This document shows positions 39,061 to 53,500 of a stretch of 64,000 bases of DNA, one piece after another. Source of the DNA: Gnetum montanum (lineage: Eukaryota > Plantae > Gnetophyta); assembly GCA_015680685.1 (NCBI GenBank), contig MNCI01001083.1, positions 15,629-79,628 on the forward strand. The letters run 5' to 3'. Both the position numbers and the translations under genes were made by a program. Each line of letters opens with the position of its first letter. The first letter of the stretch is position 1. The notes under the pieces are model-generated. The model did not search any database and was not told the DNA's origin. It was given only the letters and a program-made list of their open reading frames with translations.

Positions 39061-39711
39061 AAAGAAAACATCAATCTTGCCTCAAAATAGCACCAAAATG
39101 ACCCTCTCATACGTACAAACTCCCCTAGAAACCATGTAGCCTCATACCATGTCCTACTAAGGTCTAAAACTAGTAAAATATAATCCTATTTGACTAGTAT
39201 TGACTAAGTTTTATCACATGTATTGCATTTTGATGGATTTGACCTTGTTTCATGGTTTTTAAACATATTTTAACCTTGTAATTCATTTTTGACATTCATT
39301 ACTATCAATTGACCTCATCTAGCCTCTACATTATGTCAATTTTATCACATTTACCTTCATTTTCTCTATTATGGCCTCTGTTGACCCTTTTTTAGCCTTT
39401 GATTGGTGTTAAGTGATGGGGTTTGACCATCTTTGATCATCATTTGACACCATGTAGCTATGGCCTACCAAGATCTTAAATGGGAAAAATGTAACCTTAG
39501 TAGATAATGTTTGACCTTATTTCTTATATTTTTTTGGTGTTTCAACTTGTTTCAACCTTTTTTGATCTCTATTCCATCTTATTTGTATACATGTACATCC
39601 CATAGCCTTGGTTGACCTTATTTCCATTTTTTGACATTGAAATAACATGTGTTTGCATATTTACTAAAGTATTTTATATCCTTTTGGCATTATTTATTCA
39701 TTCATACCTAG

Positions 39712-42346
39712 GTTTCACTAAATGTGCTTATGGTTGATATCCAAGATTAATGTATAGATACTTGGAATCAAATCACCTTTCCAAGTATAGATTAATGTAT
39801 AGATCTTTAGCCTAAGAGTCTTGTTAACCATATATCCTCAATAGAGAAACCTCTAATATGCCCTAAAAACCTAGTCAAAGCCCTTAACCTTGAGGCTGGT
39901 AACATTCCTGAAGACTCTCTAGTTAAGGTTCCTATCATGACACACAGTGGTAAGGAGAAAACATTGAAACTAAATTTCTCATGGAAGCATCAATAGACAC
40001 AAAAAATCACAAAGGTTCTACAAGATAACACTAATGCATTCACTTGGTCTTATGAAGATATGCCAAGTCTAGATCCATGTTTAGTCCAACATAACATCAT
40101 ACTTGATCTTACCATTAAACTAGTTAAGAAAAATTTTTGTAAGATTAGACCTGATTTGGACTTACTAGTTCATGATGAAATCACAAAACTATATCAAGCT
40201 AGCTTCATTAGAGCTATTGATTACATAGATCAGGTATCCAACATAGTGGTAGTCCCTAAGAAAAATGGAAGTGTTCACATTTGCATCAATTTCTGAGATC
40301 TAAACAAAGTAACCATTAAGGTTGATTTTTTTTTGTCTAGCATTAATCAACTTATCAATACTGCAACTAGGCATGCCTTATTATCCTTTATAGATGGGTT
40401 CTTAGGATACAACCAAATTAGGATTAACCCAGAACATCAACTCAACATGACCTTCATGACCCCTTAGGGTACCTTTTGTTATACCATGATGCCTTTTGGT
40501 GTAAAGAATGTAGGAGCAACCTACTAAAGAGCTATAACATATATCTTTAGGGATTACATGTTAGGTTTGCTTAATGATTACAATGATAATATAGTTGTTA
40601 AGTTTAAACTGACCAATGACCATGCACATGACCTTGATCTTGTACTTAAGTGATGGCTCAAGTATGAGCTTAGGCTCAATCCTAAGAAGTGTGTCTTTGG
40701 TGTCAAAATCAATAAGATGCTTAGCTTTGTAGTATTTGAAGAAAAGATACATTTCAGTTTTGATAAGTTTTAGGCCATATCCAATTTGGCAACACCAACT
40801 AACCTTAAGGAGCTTTGGGAACTATAAGGCAGATGACAACTTATTCATAGGTTTATCGCTAGGCTTACAGATAAGTTATAATCCATGCAACACTTTCTTA
40901 AGAAATGAGTCTACTATGAGTGGATGGCATAATTTCTAGAGGCCTTTAAAAACCTTAAGCAAGAGTTGATACAACTACTAATGGTCTATCCTCCATAAAA
41001 GGATAAGCACTTTTATATCTACCTTACTATCTCCAACCCATATATTGCTTCTCTAATCTATCAAAAATGAGATGATGAAGTAGAGTGACCTGTATATTAC
41101 CTTAGGCATGCATTAGTTTCCCATGAGACATGATACACCGAAGTGGAGAAGTATTTGTCTAGCCCTAGTCTTCTCATTGAAGAAGTGGATACACTACCTC
41201 TTTAGAAGCCCGCTCAATGTCATTTGCAAAGATAACATGCATAGATACATAATAACTAATATCTATGAGAGTAGCCATATATCTCAATGAAAAGCCATAA
41301 CAACGGAGCTTGATCTTCATTATGTTTCTCAAAACTCAATGAAGGGTCAAGCTATATCCATTCAACTTAGTGTTTCACTAGTAGATGATCACATAACCAT
41401 AGACCTTGAGTTCCCCAATGAGTACATTAACATCATTAGCCAAGTGCTCATGGGCTATGAGATGGTCATGCACTTTGATAAAGCTTTAACTATCCATGGG
41501 GCTAGTTCCACTACTATCATAACATTCCCATTTGGTGAAATCCAACCCTTCTCTTAGCATTTCAAATTTTCATATACCAACAATATAGTGGAGTATGAGG
41601 GTTTGATTAGTGGGATGATGGTAGCTCATGACCAAGGAATAAAATGCTTAATGATCAAAGGTGACTTACAACTTGTGATTAACAAAATAACTAAGCTTTA
41701 TGTGTATATCTATGATCATAGCCATAGATAGTGGACTGTAGTTTAGTAGCCAAGAAATGAAAAAATTTTATCACAACCTAGGTATTAAGCATTCTTTATC
41801 GTCACCTTATTATCCTCAAGTCAATGGGCAAGCTGAAGCAAGCAATAAGGTCATCATAAAATTACTCAAAAAGAATGCTAAACAATAGTAAATGCAAGTG
41901 GTGTGAGCAGCTTGTCCATGCACTTTGAGCTTATCCCATATAGCCTAATTTATGGTTCTAAATTCATTTTTCCTCTTGAATTTTAGGTTCCATCACTCCA
42001 AGTAGCACTATTGGACTTCATCAATGATGAACAAAATAAGGAGCTACATACCATAAACTTAGACTCGATGGAGATGCAATGGGTACAGACATTTGCTCAC
42101 ATTAAGTGCTACTAGGAGAGGTAGAAATGACAACATTTCCATGATCTAGATAAGTGCAAGATCAAGGAAAAAGACCTAGTATTGAAAGCTATCAGTGAGC
42201 ATGCTAACAAATTCTCAGTCAAGTAGGAAGGGTCTTTCTTGATCACCAAATCATATGGCAATGGAGCATTCAGGATAGTCAACATGAATGGAAATGAGTT
42301 GGCCAATCTAATCAATCATTACTATCTAAATCCTTACTACATGTAG
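39712..42346 (+). pseudogene. Tat-lineage pol: RT, RNase H, additional RNase H, partial integrase
   Basis: AFTWSYEDMPSLDP, VSNIVVVPKKNGSVHICINF, DGFLGYNQI, MPFGVKNVGATY, LNPKKCVFG; MKGQAI; aRH HFD..TNNIVEYEGL..KGDLQLV; INT SSPYYPQVNGQAEASNK. The INT N-terminus is deleted. Confidence 0.9.
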
Positions 42347-43255
42347 CCAACATCAATGACCATCATAGCCAACAAAAAGCGAGCCTGTGTGACAATAATA
42401 TGCACAATAGATGAACTATGGAATTTTGTAATACTAGTAACCTATGGATAGCCTAGTTTGCTGATTATCTTATGTGGCCTTATGCATTGTATTATAACAA
42501 CATGATCTTTTGGTTTGATTATCTTTTTTCTTGAAGTTATGCTTGTAGGGTGAAGCCTAAAGTCATCATGGAGGTGCAACTCATTACAGTAGCAAGTCAT
42601 CATGTGAGCTCAATGTGTAAGATTCAATGAGTTTATCCTATCATACCAAGAGTGCTTGTTCTAGATCATTACCATTACCACTTATTAAGTCCAACATTGT
42701 AGCCTATTTATAACCTTCATCACCCTAAATAATGGTGATGACCAATGTTTGACATTCATGCTTTATGGCCATATGACATCCCCTCACCATGCTCCACCAT
42801 TAAGTCCATCCAGTGTATTGCATCTTCTTTGATGGGAAAACCAAATCAAAATTAGACTTGGTAATGAAACCTAATAAAAAAGGGAAATCAAATTACCAAG
42901 AAGCCAAACAACCAATGCAACCTAAAAGCATCAAAACAATGGTTTTGAACACACAAAGGGAGGATAATAGTGGCCAAAGAAGCCTTGGAGTGAAGTGTTG
43001 ATTTCTCAAATGCATTGCTGAGTAACCAACACTTCTAAAGATGAAGTGTGAAGCATTAATTGATTAATTAACATGTTAATGTCATATTGTAGCCATGATG
43101 TTAATAGTTAGAAATCATTATTAACCCTCATGACCATTCCCATGTAGCCAGAAACTCCTTATCATCTACTACTTCATCATAACCTTGTCTCATCATCATC
43201 ATAAGAACTCTTTGGCAAGGTTCAACACTATTGAGTCAAGTTTGGAGAGGGATAT

Positions 43256-44290
43256 TGGTGAAGGACTTGCAGTGGTGTTTTGTATTCTTTGTCAATATCT
43301 CTCAAATCAATCCTCCAAAAATCAACAAAGAGAAGCCAATGAAACACCATAAAAAATTCATGTTGCACATTCTATCCTTCTTTTCCCAACTTGAGGTAAG
43401 ACCTTATGTAAGATATGTAGCTCATGAGCTACAATCTTGCATACTGCAACTTTTTCAAGTTGAAAAATTCCTTAGAAGTTATTGTCACCTCACTTCCCAA
43501 GGGTAAAAATGTACATCATTTCTATATTTGGGCTTGGGAAGGATGAAAATGCATTTGGAATTAACAAAATTGGCATTTCCATGGGTTTTTATTAGAATAA
43601 AGCCTAAACTACATTGGAACCATCTACCTCAAGTGTAGATGGTTTTGAGTTTTCACTCTCATTTCCAACTTGGCATAGTTACCTCAAAAACTAGCATAGA
43701 TGCAATGTTGGAATTGTTGGGATTTTTCATTCCATTTTCCCAACAATGGCCAACATAGTTACCCCAATTTTGCAGCATTTTCAGAAAAATATAGTATGAA
43801 ACATTCTCAGAATAACGGAATATGCAACATTTTCCAACATTAGAGCTACCCGCATCTTCTAGCAACTTTAGCATAGTTGGAAATCAACATAGTAAGGATG
43901 GTGCTAGCATAGTCATAAAAGTCTATTTACTATTTATAGTAGATGGATGGGTTTTGGGGGCTACAGTATTCTGAAATTACTATAAATAGTAATTACACTG
44001 AGAATGGATGACTATTGACACTTGAAAATTGACATCAATTCATCAACAATCATCATAGTGGTGTTCAAGCACAGAACTAGCCAATTGCACCCTATATAAA
44101 CCACAAGTAAATACCTTATTTGGGTTCCACAACCTTTTGGCAAAAATAAATATCATAACATTTCTATAGCTTGAGAGCACTTTGTAGCTGAGAACCTTTC
44201 CACAATCTTGTAACATCTTGGAGCTAGTTGGAATCTACGTTCAGCATAGAGACTCCCATGTGATATCATTTTGCCAAAGGTGTAACACCA
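43256..44290 (+). repeat. Candidate 3' LTR of the Tat pol element
   Basis: Purine tract GGAGAGGGA before TGGTG..CACCA termini, CCTATATAAA at ~44090, half-sites of the palindromic motif (ctagcatagtca). No second copy to confirm. Confidence 0.45.
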
Positions 44291-45370
44291 ATTTTGCAAT
44301 CGTAGTACAGATCTTGGTGAAAATAAGCAGCAGTTGCTAGAAACAAGAGTTGGGAAGCACCCAGATCATGGAGTTTCAAGCCCAAATTATAGGATTTGCT
44401 AGACTTCAAGGTCCTACAAAAACTTCCTATTAATGTAGCACATGAATATGTACTCTATGAATCTTTTTTTTTTCATTTCCCATTTTAATAAAGTTTTAGT
44501 TCTTGTTGTGTAGATTTTAGTTTACATTTTTATTTCTGTGTCTATTTCCACTATGAATCTACAATTTCATTTTTGTTTACATTTATGTTTTCATTGCTAT
44601 TTCTGTTTACACTTCCATAAATCCTTAGGTGATCAGCCAAACTATCTAGGATACCTTGAATTCCATTTTCGAAGGCCCTTGAAATTTGAGGTTGGAATTC
44701 TTCTGATGCTTGGGGTTTTTGGTTTCAGTTCCAGCAACCAAATTTTCTATGTCCAATTGGTTGGTATTAGAGTTAATAGTTTGATAAGTATTCTCAAATT
44801 TGTTTTACAAGATGCCATTAAGAAGAACTTTTGAGAGATATGATAAATAGTAAGATATTTGCATATTTGAAACTTCAAAATTAGTGTAATGTTATGAGTG
44901 GTGGATAATATCAACATAGTGACTCCAATAGTACTACATGATGCCCATTTAAAAAGCACATATGGATTAGTTTTGAAGGTTAAAATTTCATTACTTTATT
45001 CTTAGAAGATTGGATGGTAGCTTTGGACTAGTTGTATGAGGTATAAAAAGCCTTCTACCTTATGAGTTTTACTTTGCTACAACAAACTCATTTGACTATC
45101 CATCAACTTAATGATATGGACAATGATTTGGGGTAGGAAAATACAATTGCTATAGGTTGAATACATATATAGGTTAAATAAACTATATTTGTTAGAGACT
45201 CCAAATCAATGTACATGTTCAAGAAGTTCAAAAAGGCCAAGGCAAAGAAGCTATTCAACTTAGAGCAAGGAGATATCACTATTCCTATCCATGATGTAGA
45301 GTTTTTCTAGTTATTATAGTGTAATCATCACTTATAGGATGAAGAGGAAAAGATGACTAGTGACTTTATT

Positions 45371-47490
45371 TGTAACATCCTATCCCTTGTTAAGGATGAA
45401 ATTGTACTATAACAATGTAATTAACCTTTGAAAGAAGGGGTACCTCATTATGAGGAGTTACAATTATTCATAGTACCCCTTAGGAATCAGCTTGACCTAT
45501 GTCATTTAAGGTTAGGCTTAGAGGTTATGTTGGCATGGAGTTATAGAGCCTGGATTGGAAAGTGATGGGAGTTAGGTGAAGAAGGACAAGAAGGGAATAA
45601 TGACCCCTTCGGCTAGATAGCCTAACCATGGTGGTAGTGTTAGATTGTACCTAAGGCCTTAAGTGTCATAGGAAGATAAACCAAAGGGCATTAGAGTGTA
45701 TCATTCTCATCAATAAAAATTTTTCTCTACTTTCCTTCCTTAAATTTAATGCACCAATAATTTACCAAGTTACTTCATTTATCAAGTTATTTCATGGTAT
45801 TTCCATTACAATGCTCATGAGTGCAATGAATTAAGTAATGAATGATTGTGTTTTAATGACATATAGGAATGAGAGGTTACATTTGATATAAGAGTAAACC
45901 ATAGTCTAGGAATCACATTGGAAGAAAATACTACTAAATTTTATTATTATTACTATTATTTGAAAAGATACATCAAATCATGAAAGAGAAAGTTGAATAC
46001 ATCAAAGAAAATAAAGTGGGAAGTGGAATAGAGGAAGAAAGCAAAACAATGATAAGTTGTTTAGCTTGAAGGCATAGAGAAGATCTAAAATTGCCTTCAA
46101 CTAGGCTTCTCATTCTTCCTCACTAGTATCCTTTTTATTTAGTATCACCTTACATATTTCCAAATCATCACACAATTATTTGATATAATTGATGGCACTC
46201 TTTGTTGTAGTTTGTGCCTCATCCTTCTTTTCAAGCTTAGCTTCCAATAAACTCACTTGAAGAGATTGATTGATCATGTCATCCTATCATTTGTTTTCCT
46301 TCCTCTACATGCATAAAATAAGATCAAAATTATAAATGAAAAGATCAAATGAAAGAAATAAAAAGAAGAGCAAGGAGTACTCTCCTAAAGTCAATCATTA
46401 TCAACTTTAATGAACCATTCATGGTCAACAGATAATGGGCAAGACATGTGGTACTCTCTAATTCTCTTAAGAGTTGTTTTAGATTTTTGATAAATTCTGG
46501 AGCATTCTCAGGAATTGGAATCACAAGATTTCGACTTCCTTATGTGGTAAATCTCCTCATGAATGGAGTAGGGTGTATTTCTTATGATCCATTGATCAAG
46601 ATTCTAAAAAAGAACAAGTTTTTCTTTAATAGCCATCATCATCTATCCAAGTAAGAAGGAGGAACCCATGATGGTGATAGAAGGAGTTATTGGAAGGAAT
46701 CTAGGAATTGACACTAGTGCTGCATGTCGTAAAGAATTTGTTGCCAGGGTTACATGTGGAGAGGTCATAAATAATGATCTTATCAGAAGATGGGGAGTCT
46801 ATTCAAAAGCTGTATCTATGCTAATATCCCTATGCAACTCCTGAATGAAGTACCTCCAACCCAAAGATATCTACAAAAGGAAGAAAAAGTGAACATCACA
46901 CAAGAAGTGGAAGAAAAAAAGAAGTATTCTTACCTTATATAATTGAATATACCTATGGTTTTTTTCCTTTATCTTTTTTTTTTTGCAACCATTCCCTTTT
47001 TTAGAACTTAAAATTTCTTTCTTGCTAGAACCTAGACTAATATGTTGTTTATAAAATTAATTTAATTAAAGTTAAATTAGGAAAAAAATATAGGCCACTC
47101 AAAAAAATATGATATATATACATTTATATAATAAATAAATAAATAGGAACCTTATAACTAAGCTCTATTGCAATCACACCCTCCCTTCCTAGAGTTGCCT
47201 TTTCCTCTTCATGAAATTGAGAACCTTTCCCTATTTCATTCTGCATCCTAGAATGCACTACCAATAAATACAAAAAAATATATAATTAATAAATAAGAAA
47301 TATATGAATGAGATAAATTATCATACCTCATCGATTTCTTTTGGAATTGGAATTTGTGTGAGAGTTTCTTGTCCTTTTTGACATCATCAATCTATCTCCT
47401 CACAATTATTTGTTTCTCAAGGTACTCAAGATGAAGATTAGGATTGAAACAATCAAGACTATTAATGCTAGAATTATAACTTGAAACCAA
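45371..47490 (+). mobile_element. Chromovirus copy 3: 5' LTR (45371-45881), decayed PBS and leader with downstream exons of the antisense gene
   Basis: LTR homologous to 10764-11276. Minus-strand introns 47248-47326 and 46871-46952 sit at positions equivalent to copy 2. Interrupted at 47490. Confidence 0.85.
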
Positions 47491-48481
47491 TGATGAACCA
47501 TGATTTATCAAGTTCCAATATCGGACCCACGATATCGAATCTACGATATCAGGTATGCGATATCATGGCCTGGATAACAATATTGGATACATGATATCGT
47601 GATTCCTATGTAAGCCTATAAATACACCTTTGGACGCACAAGAAGGGGTGTGTTAGAGTCCTTTTATTCATTTTTAGTTCATCTCAACTCTTTCCCCAGT
47701 GCATGCCTGCAGTGTGATGATTGTAATTGTATGGAACCTTTATTTGAGTGTGATGTACTTGGATATGCACATGACTGGCAATAAAGATTGAGATCACTTC
47801 ATCATTGTAGCATTCACTTAGTTTCAATTGTTTACTGTTATTTTTATTTATTATTTTCCTAATTAATATTTCTTACCATTCATTTACTATCCCTGTTATT
47901 AAACACAGAATGAGTATGACTTAATCACAAGCATTTAAGTGTGACTACTTGGTAACCTAGTAGTGTATCTAGGAGTGCTCAAGTAATATATGCTTGGTAA
48001 TCCTAGAAGTAGTACACGAGGTCCAAGATGTGTATGGATGATTAACGATAGATGCTCATTGCACTTAGGCTAGCTTAGATTCTCTTCTCCCACTCCCTCT
48101 TAGCTTAAAACAAAGTTATTTTCCATTGCCTATAGGAGTAGCACTAGTTTAGGATCACATCATACACCTTAGTCTAGACTAAATCATGCATGACAAAGAA
48201 AATACTAGTCCAGGTGGGAAGATAGCAAACTACGATGAACGTGTAACTATCTAGATACCACAACTAGCCCATTTGCAGAGTTCGACTGGATCGTGCGTGA
48301 ATGCTCATATTCATATGGTTGATTGTAGGGGTACCTAACCACTCATCATTAGTGCCATTGCTAGGGACAGTGCTAGTTATCTAGATTAGTTATATCATAC
48401 AAGATCGTTGTAACAAAGTACTCATGATATATCTTTTAGAAAAGAAATTAATTTCAACTAAGTCACACATAATTCACAACA

Positions 48482-50525
48482 ATGTCTCTCTCACAAGACT
48501 ATGACAATGCAATAACTAGTAAGGTAATTCATGGGAGAACCAACGAATCATATGATGATGAAGATGAAGTTTGGAGTACTCAATCTAATGTAGGGGTCTC
48601 CTATGTACATAAATGAAGACAACATCATCCCAAGTCAAAAATTCATAACCTTCCTAGTGACGATGAACCCCTAATTGCCACTAAGAGCCTAATTCATATA
48701 CAAGAGGCTATTTGAATATCCTATAGGCATTGCAAGGAAAGTCATCTACCCAGGCTTGATTTAAATAGCTTTCCCAAGTTTTCAGGAGGCTATGATTTAA
48801 ATCCACAACAACATTTACAAGCCTTCCATGAAGCCTATGTATGGAAAAATATTGATAATGGATGGAAAAAACTTAAGCTCTTTCCTACGAAACTTGTTGG
48901 CCAAGCAAAAGTATGGTACAGGTCCTTAAGACCAAAATCAATTCGACGTTGGCTGACAATGGTAGAACTCTTTAATGAAAGATATTAAAGCTATGCAAGA
49001 GTGTCAGCCTTGAGGAGACAAATCCAAGAATGGAAACAGGGGCAACATGAACCCTTGGACATGGCCTTAGAAAGATACTATTCATTGTTAAACAATTGCC
49101 TAGGCCATGCATTCTTTGAGGAAAGGCTAATGTACCACATCATGGATGGCCTCTGTAATGAAACAAGGGAGACCCTAGGGACGTATGCTCGAGGTCAACT
49201 ATACAAGCTACAAACCCACCAATTCCAAGAGCTTATTAAGTGAGTAGCAAAAGAAGAAGGAGAAATGGCTAAATGGGAGAATGCTGAAAGCTCTCAACAG
49301 GACCAAAATCTCAAATTAGCAAAGGTCCATAATCATGAAGAGGAGAAATCAACTCACCTTAAGGAGGTGGAACCATCGTTTCCAATACTACAATCACTAG
49401 ATGAAATTGAGGCAAGGATCAATAAGATAATAGAATGAATACATGAAAAATTTAGAGAATATGCCAACACTATTAGAGGAAGAACCATGAGGAACCAAGA
49501 AACAGGACAGAACACCCTTAGACAATCGGAAAGAAGGGTTGAATAGAATAAGAACTCAACTACTAATCATACGTATCGAAGTAACCTTTTCCTGTACAAA
49601 TACCCCTAAGTTCAATGCCCAATCTTGTCATATTTATATGAGCATTTGGGAGGAATGTTACACCTAAAGTTCATATAGAAATACTGTGTTCAGTCACAGT
49701 GGCCAAAATTCCAGTCATAGGGAAGGCCACTTGCAAATTGGTCACACCCTTCATACCATCCAAACCCAAGTGCTTATCAGGTTTAGCATCATGTTTCCCC
49801 AACCGAGTCAACATCCTCTATCTCACCACATTACTATCATTCTCCTAAGTATTGTCAATGCATGTCCTCTCCCACTAGATCACCACCTCATGTTCCTTGT
49901 AGTTCTCCTTGCCCTCAATATTCTCATCCTTCACCTCCTTCTACATCACTACTAGTTGTGACAAAATGTTTTGCACCATAGCACCAACCCACGAACATTA
50001 CTTATGTTGCTACAGTCAACAGCAGTGAAGGTCCTCCACAACGTTAAAAGCATCCTTTCTTTAGACATGACCAAAGAAAGAGATAGTACACTTCCGAAAC
50101 CACTGCACCCTCCAACCAAGAGCAAGTTCAACACTGTGATGCATCTACCTCCTCAAACACAATACCTCTTGTTACCTTATCAAGGCCACCAATCAACACT
50201 TCAATAACTATGTGGCCTAATGAATATAACCATGTAGGGAGACATATTAATCCTTGCATACCAACTTACAGTCATGAGTGTCGTAGTGGGTCAACTCCTT
50301 ATCACATGACTACATCTCATAATTTGCCTCATTATGCCTACTTTAATCAAGTGTGTGAACCTCAAATTGGGTACATTCCAACCACCACATCAAAGGACAC
50401 CTAGTGGTTTGGATATGACCAAACTCCAATGTTTCCAAAATGCTTGGATCCAAAATTTCCATTTACTAATTCTAGCCATACTCAAGGGTTTAGTCATTGG
50501 AGATATCCTCCATTCAAAAAAGTAG
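48482..50525 (+). pseudogene. gag: Gag-like ORF of the Athila-like element
   Basis: FPKFSGGYDLNPQQHLQAF..KLKLFPTKLVGQAKVWYRSLRPKSIRRWLTMVELFNERY is retrotransposon gag-like; multiple stops. Confidence 0.8.
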
Positions 50526-53500
50526 AATTAATAAATGTTTCTCCTTTTCTTCAATTTTACAATTTTTTGTTTTTTATTTATCAATTTTTCATCTTTCAAT
50601 TTTTTGTTTTATCTTTTTGAGGGTAATCTCATTGGCAAAAAAATAATCATGTGACATGTCAGTTAAGGTGTTTTTCTATGCTATCAAGTCTTAGGTGACT
50701 AATTATTTGGATAGCGAGCCCACAACATCCACCCACCCATTCTATTAATAAGAGGTTCTACTCTGGGAACGATGATATTCTTATCATTAAAACATCAAGT
50801 AATTTTGTGCTCATTATGCCCAAAGCAAAGAATGATGGACTAAGAAGGAATGGCTAGGGTGTGACATCAAGGAGACTTGTGGATTTCTTTTGGTGACATC
50901 TATAGGTGCTATCATGCAACCTGGTTGTACTAAGATCCTTATAGATCTAACAGAAAATTGGAGTAAGAGTAATGAAGGCACTCAATAAAGAAACTCAATG
51001 TTGTTCTGGGGGTTCCACTGGAAAGACATGCACCCATGCTTAAAGGTTGGTGGCTCCTTCGGTTCATTGTTGGAAAGGACAAAGTGCCAAAGCAGGAAAA
51101 AAAGTGTGTGAAAGTAGCCAGACAAAAGGAAATGAAAAGATCAAGACAAATGTGCCACAAAGAAATTCCAAATCACTCCTCCCTTGAACGAAATGCCAAG
51201 TGATCATATGCCTTGTTGTCATGATGCTCTTATGGTTCTCCATCATTGGATGAAACAATGTGATGTCATTGATCAAAGGAATGGAATTAGTCTTGATTTT
51301 GAAGTAACCAACTAATGACACATTAATCACTCTATACACTTAAGATTCATCATATCCTAGGCCAGTTACCTCATGTCCCAATCTTTGCAATCTCTTCTAC
51401 AACTCATCCTAGACCCGTGTCTTGTGTAGCATTAAATTCATACCTCATCATGGTGGTATCTACATGTGTGTATTTTTTGGAACTGGTGTGGATTACATTT
51501 AACCCTTTTAGTATCTACAGACATTTTAAGATGTGGTTACGCAAGCCCATTGTGGGTTGGAACCTACTTTGGGAAGGACCCACTTGCGTAACTTTTGTAA
51601 TTTGTACTTGTTGCACACCACCACATCATTTTATACCCTCCGAGTACTTCATTGCCAAATCTATTCTTTCCTTTGTCATCATTTTATCAAACGTTTCTCA
51701 AAACCTACATGTCCTTTTATGTGTCACCTAAACAAATTAGGTTCGACATTAAACTTTTAGGGAAACTTCTGTGAAAAAAATTGCTAACTCTAAAATCATA
51801 CTAAGTAAAGAATTCAACATTTATTAGAGGTAATGAGTAAGGTATGGAATAACTAAACTTATTTTAATAACCTTACTAACAATTGATCTTTGTGTGATTA
51901 TAGACGGCCCCTAAAAGAGGACAACAAGGAGGACCTTTCAAGGTGCAACTGAATGCCCAAGGGGAGGCAGAGGCCAAGGATCTCATGTAGAACATGCAAA
52001 GTAGAAGGCACAATAATTTAACATCAATTAGGGAACTCTTGTTACTACACAATCTATCCATGAAAATGGTGGAGAGGTCAGAGCCCAAACCTATGAAGAG
52101 GACCAATGGCTATTTGCAACATGACATGTCAAGGCCAATCAAGTGTTCTCATAGCTACCGTGTCCATGGGAGGTGCTGACTCCATCAAACATTGGAGCAT
52201 CAGCACGGACAACATAGGACCCTCGAACCAAAGAGGAAAAACTCTAGGCACTCCTTCAAAGCCATCAAATTGCAAAATCTAGAGCACAAGATAAGGGGAA
52301 ATGACCCATGGAGGAGGCATCGCCACCTGGAACCGCATGAATTCCAACAAAATTTTGTCTATTTTTAATTTTATGTTTATGTCCCAATTTTGTTGTATTC
52401 ATCTCTCCACTGTTGCATGAATAAATTCCTAATCAGTTAATAACCCCATACCTATCCACTATGTAATCAATTAGGCTTGTTCTTGTAGTGACCGAAAACA
52501 TCAGTGGTTGAAAACACTGAGAGGTTGCTGGGCAAATAGTTTAACCCGAGATCTATGTGAGGGCTATGCTAGATAAAATGGAAACAAGATGCCCTAAATA
52601 TTCTAGTTAATCAGACAGGGACTTAACCAATGTAAAATAACCCTTTTGCAAAAAATGATTTTAAATTGAACACTTGGTGGCAGAATAAAAGAAAACGTAA
52701 TTTGCACAGTAGTAGAAATGTGCTAAAGTGTGTAACAGGATAGTGGACATGATTAAGCATTTAACAATGCCAAAAAATAAATGCTATAATCAAATAGAAA
52801 GAGAGTTTGAATAGAAAGATACACTACCCCAGAAAAGGGGTACAGGTATACAGAGTGTATAATAGGCATAGTAGGAACACAATCATAGCCTCGGTGGTGT
52901 TGGGCCATTTAATCTAGTGCTCACTGTGATAAACTGTGCCTGTTGGATCAGTAGTCACAATGTACTACATGATGTTCCACTAGGCTACAATGGGGCTATA
53001 GTGTATCATGTGGTGTATTTGTGCCTCTATATTGATGTAGTATGCTCTAGGTCTCATTCGCCCATAGAGCCAAGTGCCAAGATGCCAAAATGCAAAAAGC
53101 CAAAACAATGGAAGCGCTAACTACCTTGCTGGTGAAGAAATGAAAGCCTCCTCCCTTTTTTCTCTCCTCTCCTCTTTCAAAAGAGGGTGTAGAGGTATTT
53201 ATAGGGCTAGGGTTAGCCGAAAATGTGGATTAGATGCCACATGGCAGTGTGGTGGGTGTTACACTTTAGCGCTATGCTGCACTGTAGCACCAGGTGTTAC
53301 ACTATAGTGCTATGCTACTCACTGTAGCGCTATGCTACACTACGCTACATAGCATAGTAGGGTGTTATACTATAGTGCTACGTTGCACACTATAGTGCTA
53401 TGCTACATAGCATACCAGGGTGCAGAAACTGCCATTGCTTTGACACTTAGAAAAATTTGCAATTGAGATGCTAAGACCCGAAATTTTGTGGTGTGTCAAT

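Noticed and set aside
44291-44315. PBS after the candidate LTR 43256-44290
   Set aside because: I could not match tgcaatcgtagtacagatc to a tRNA 3' end with confidence.
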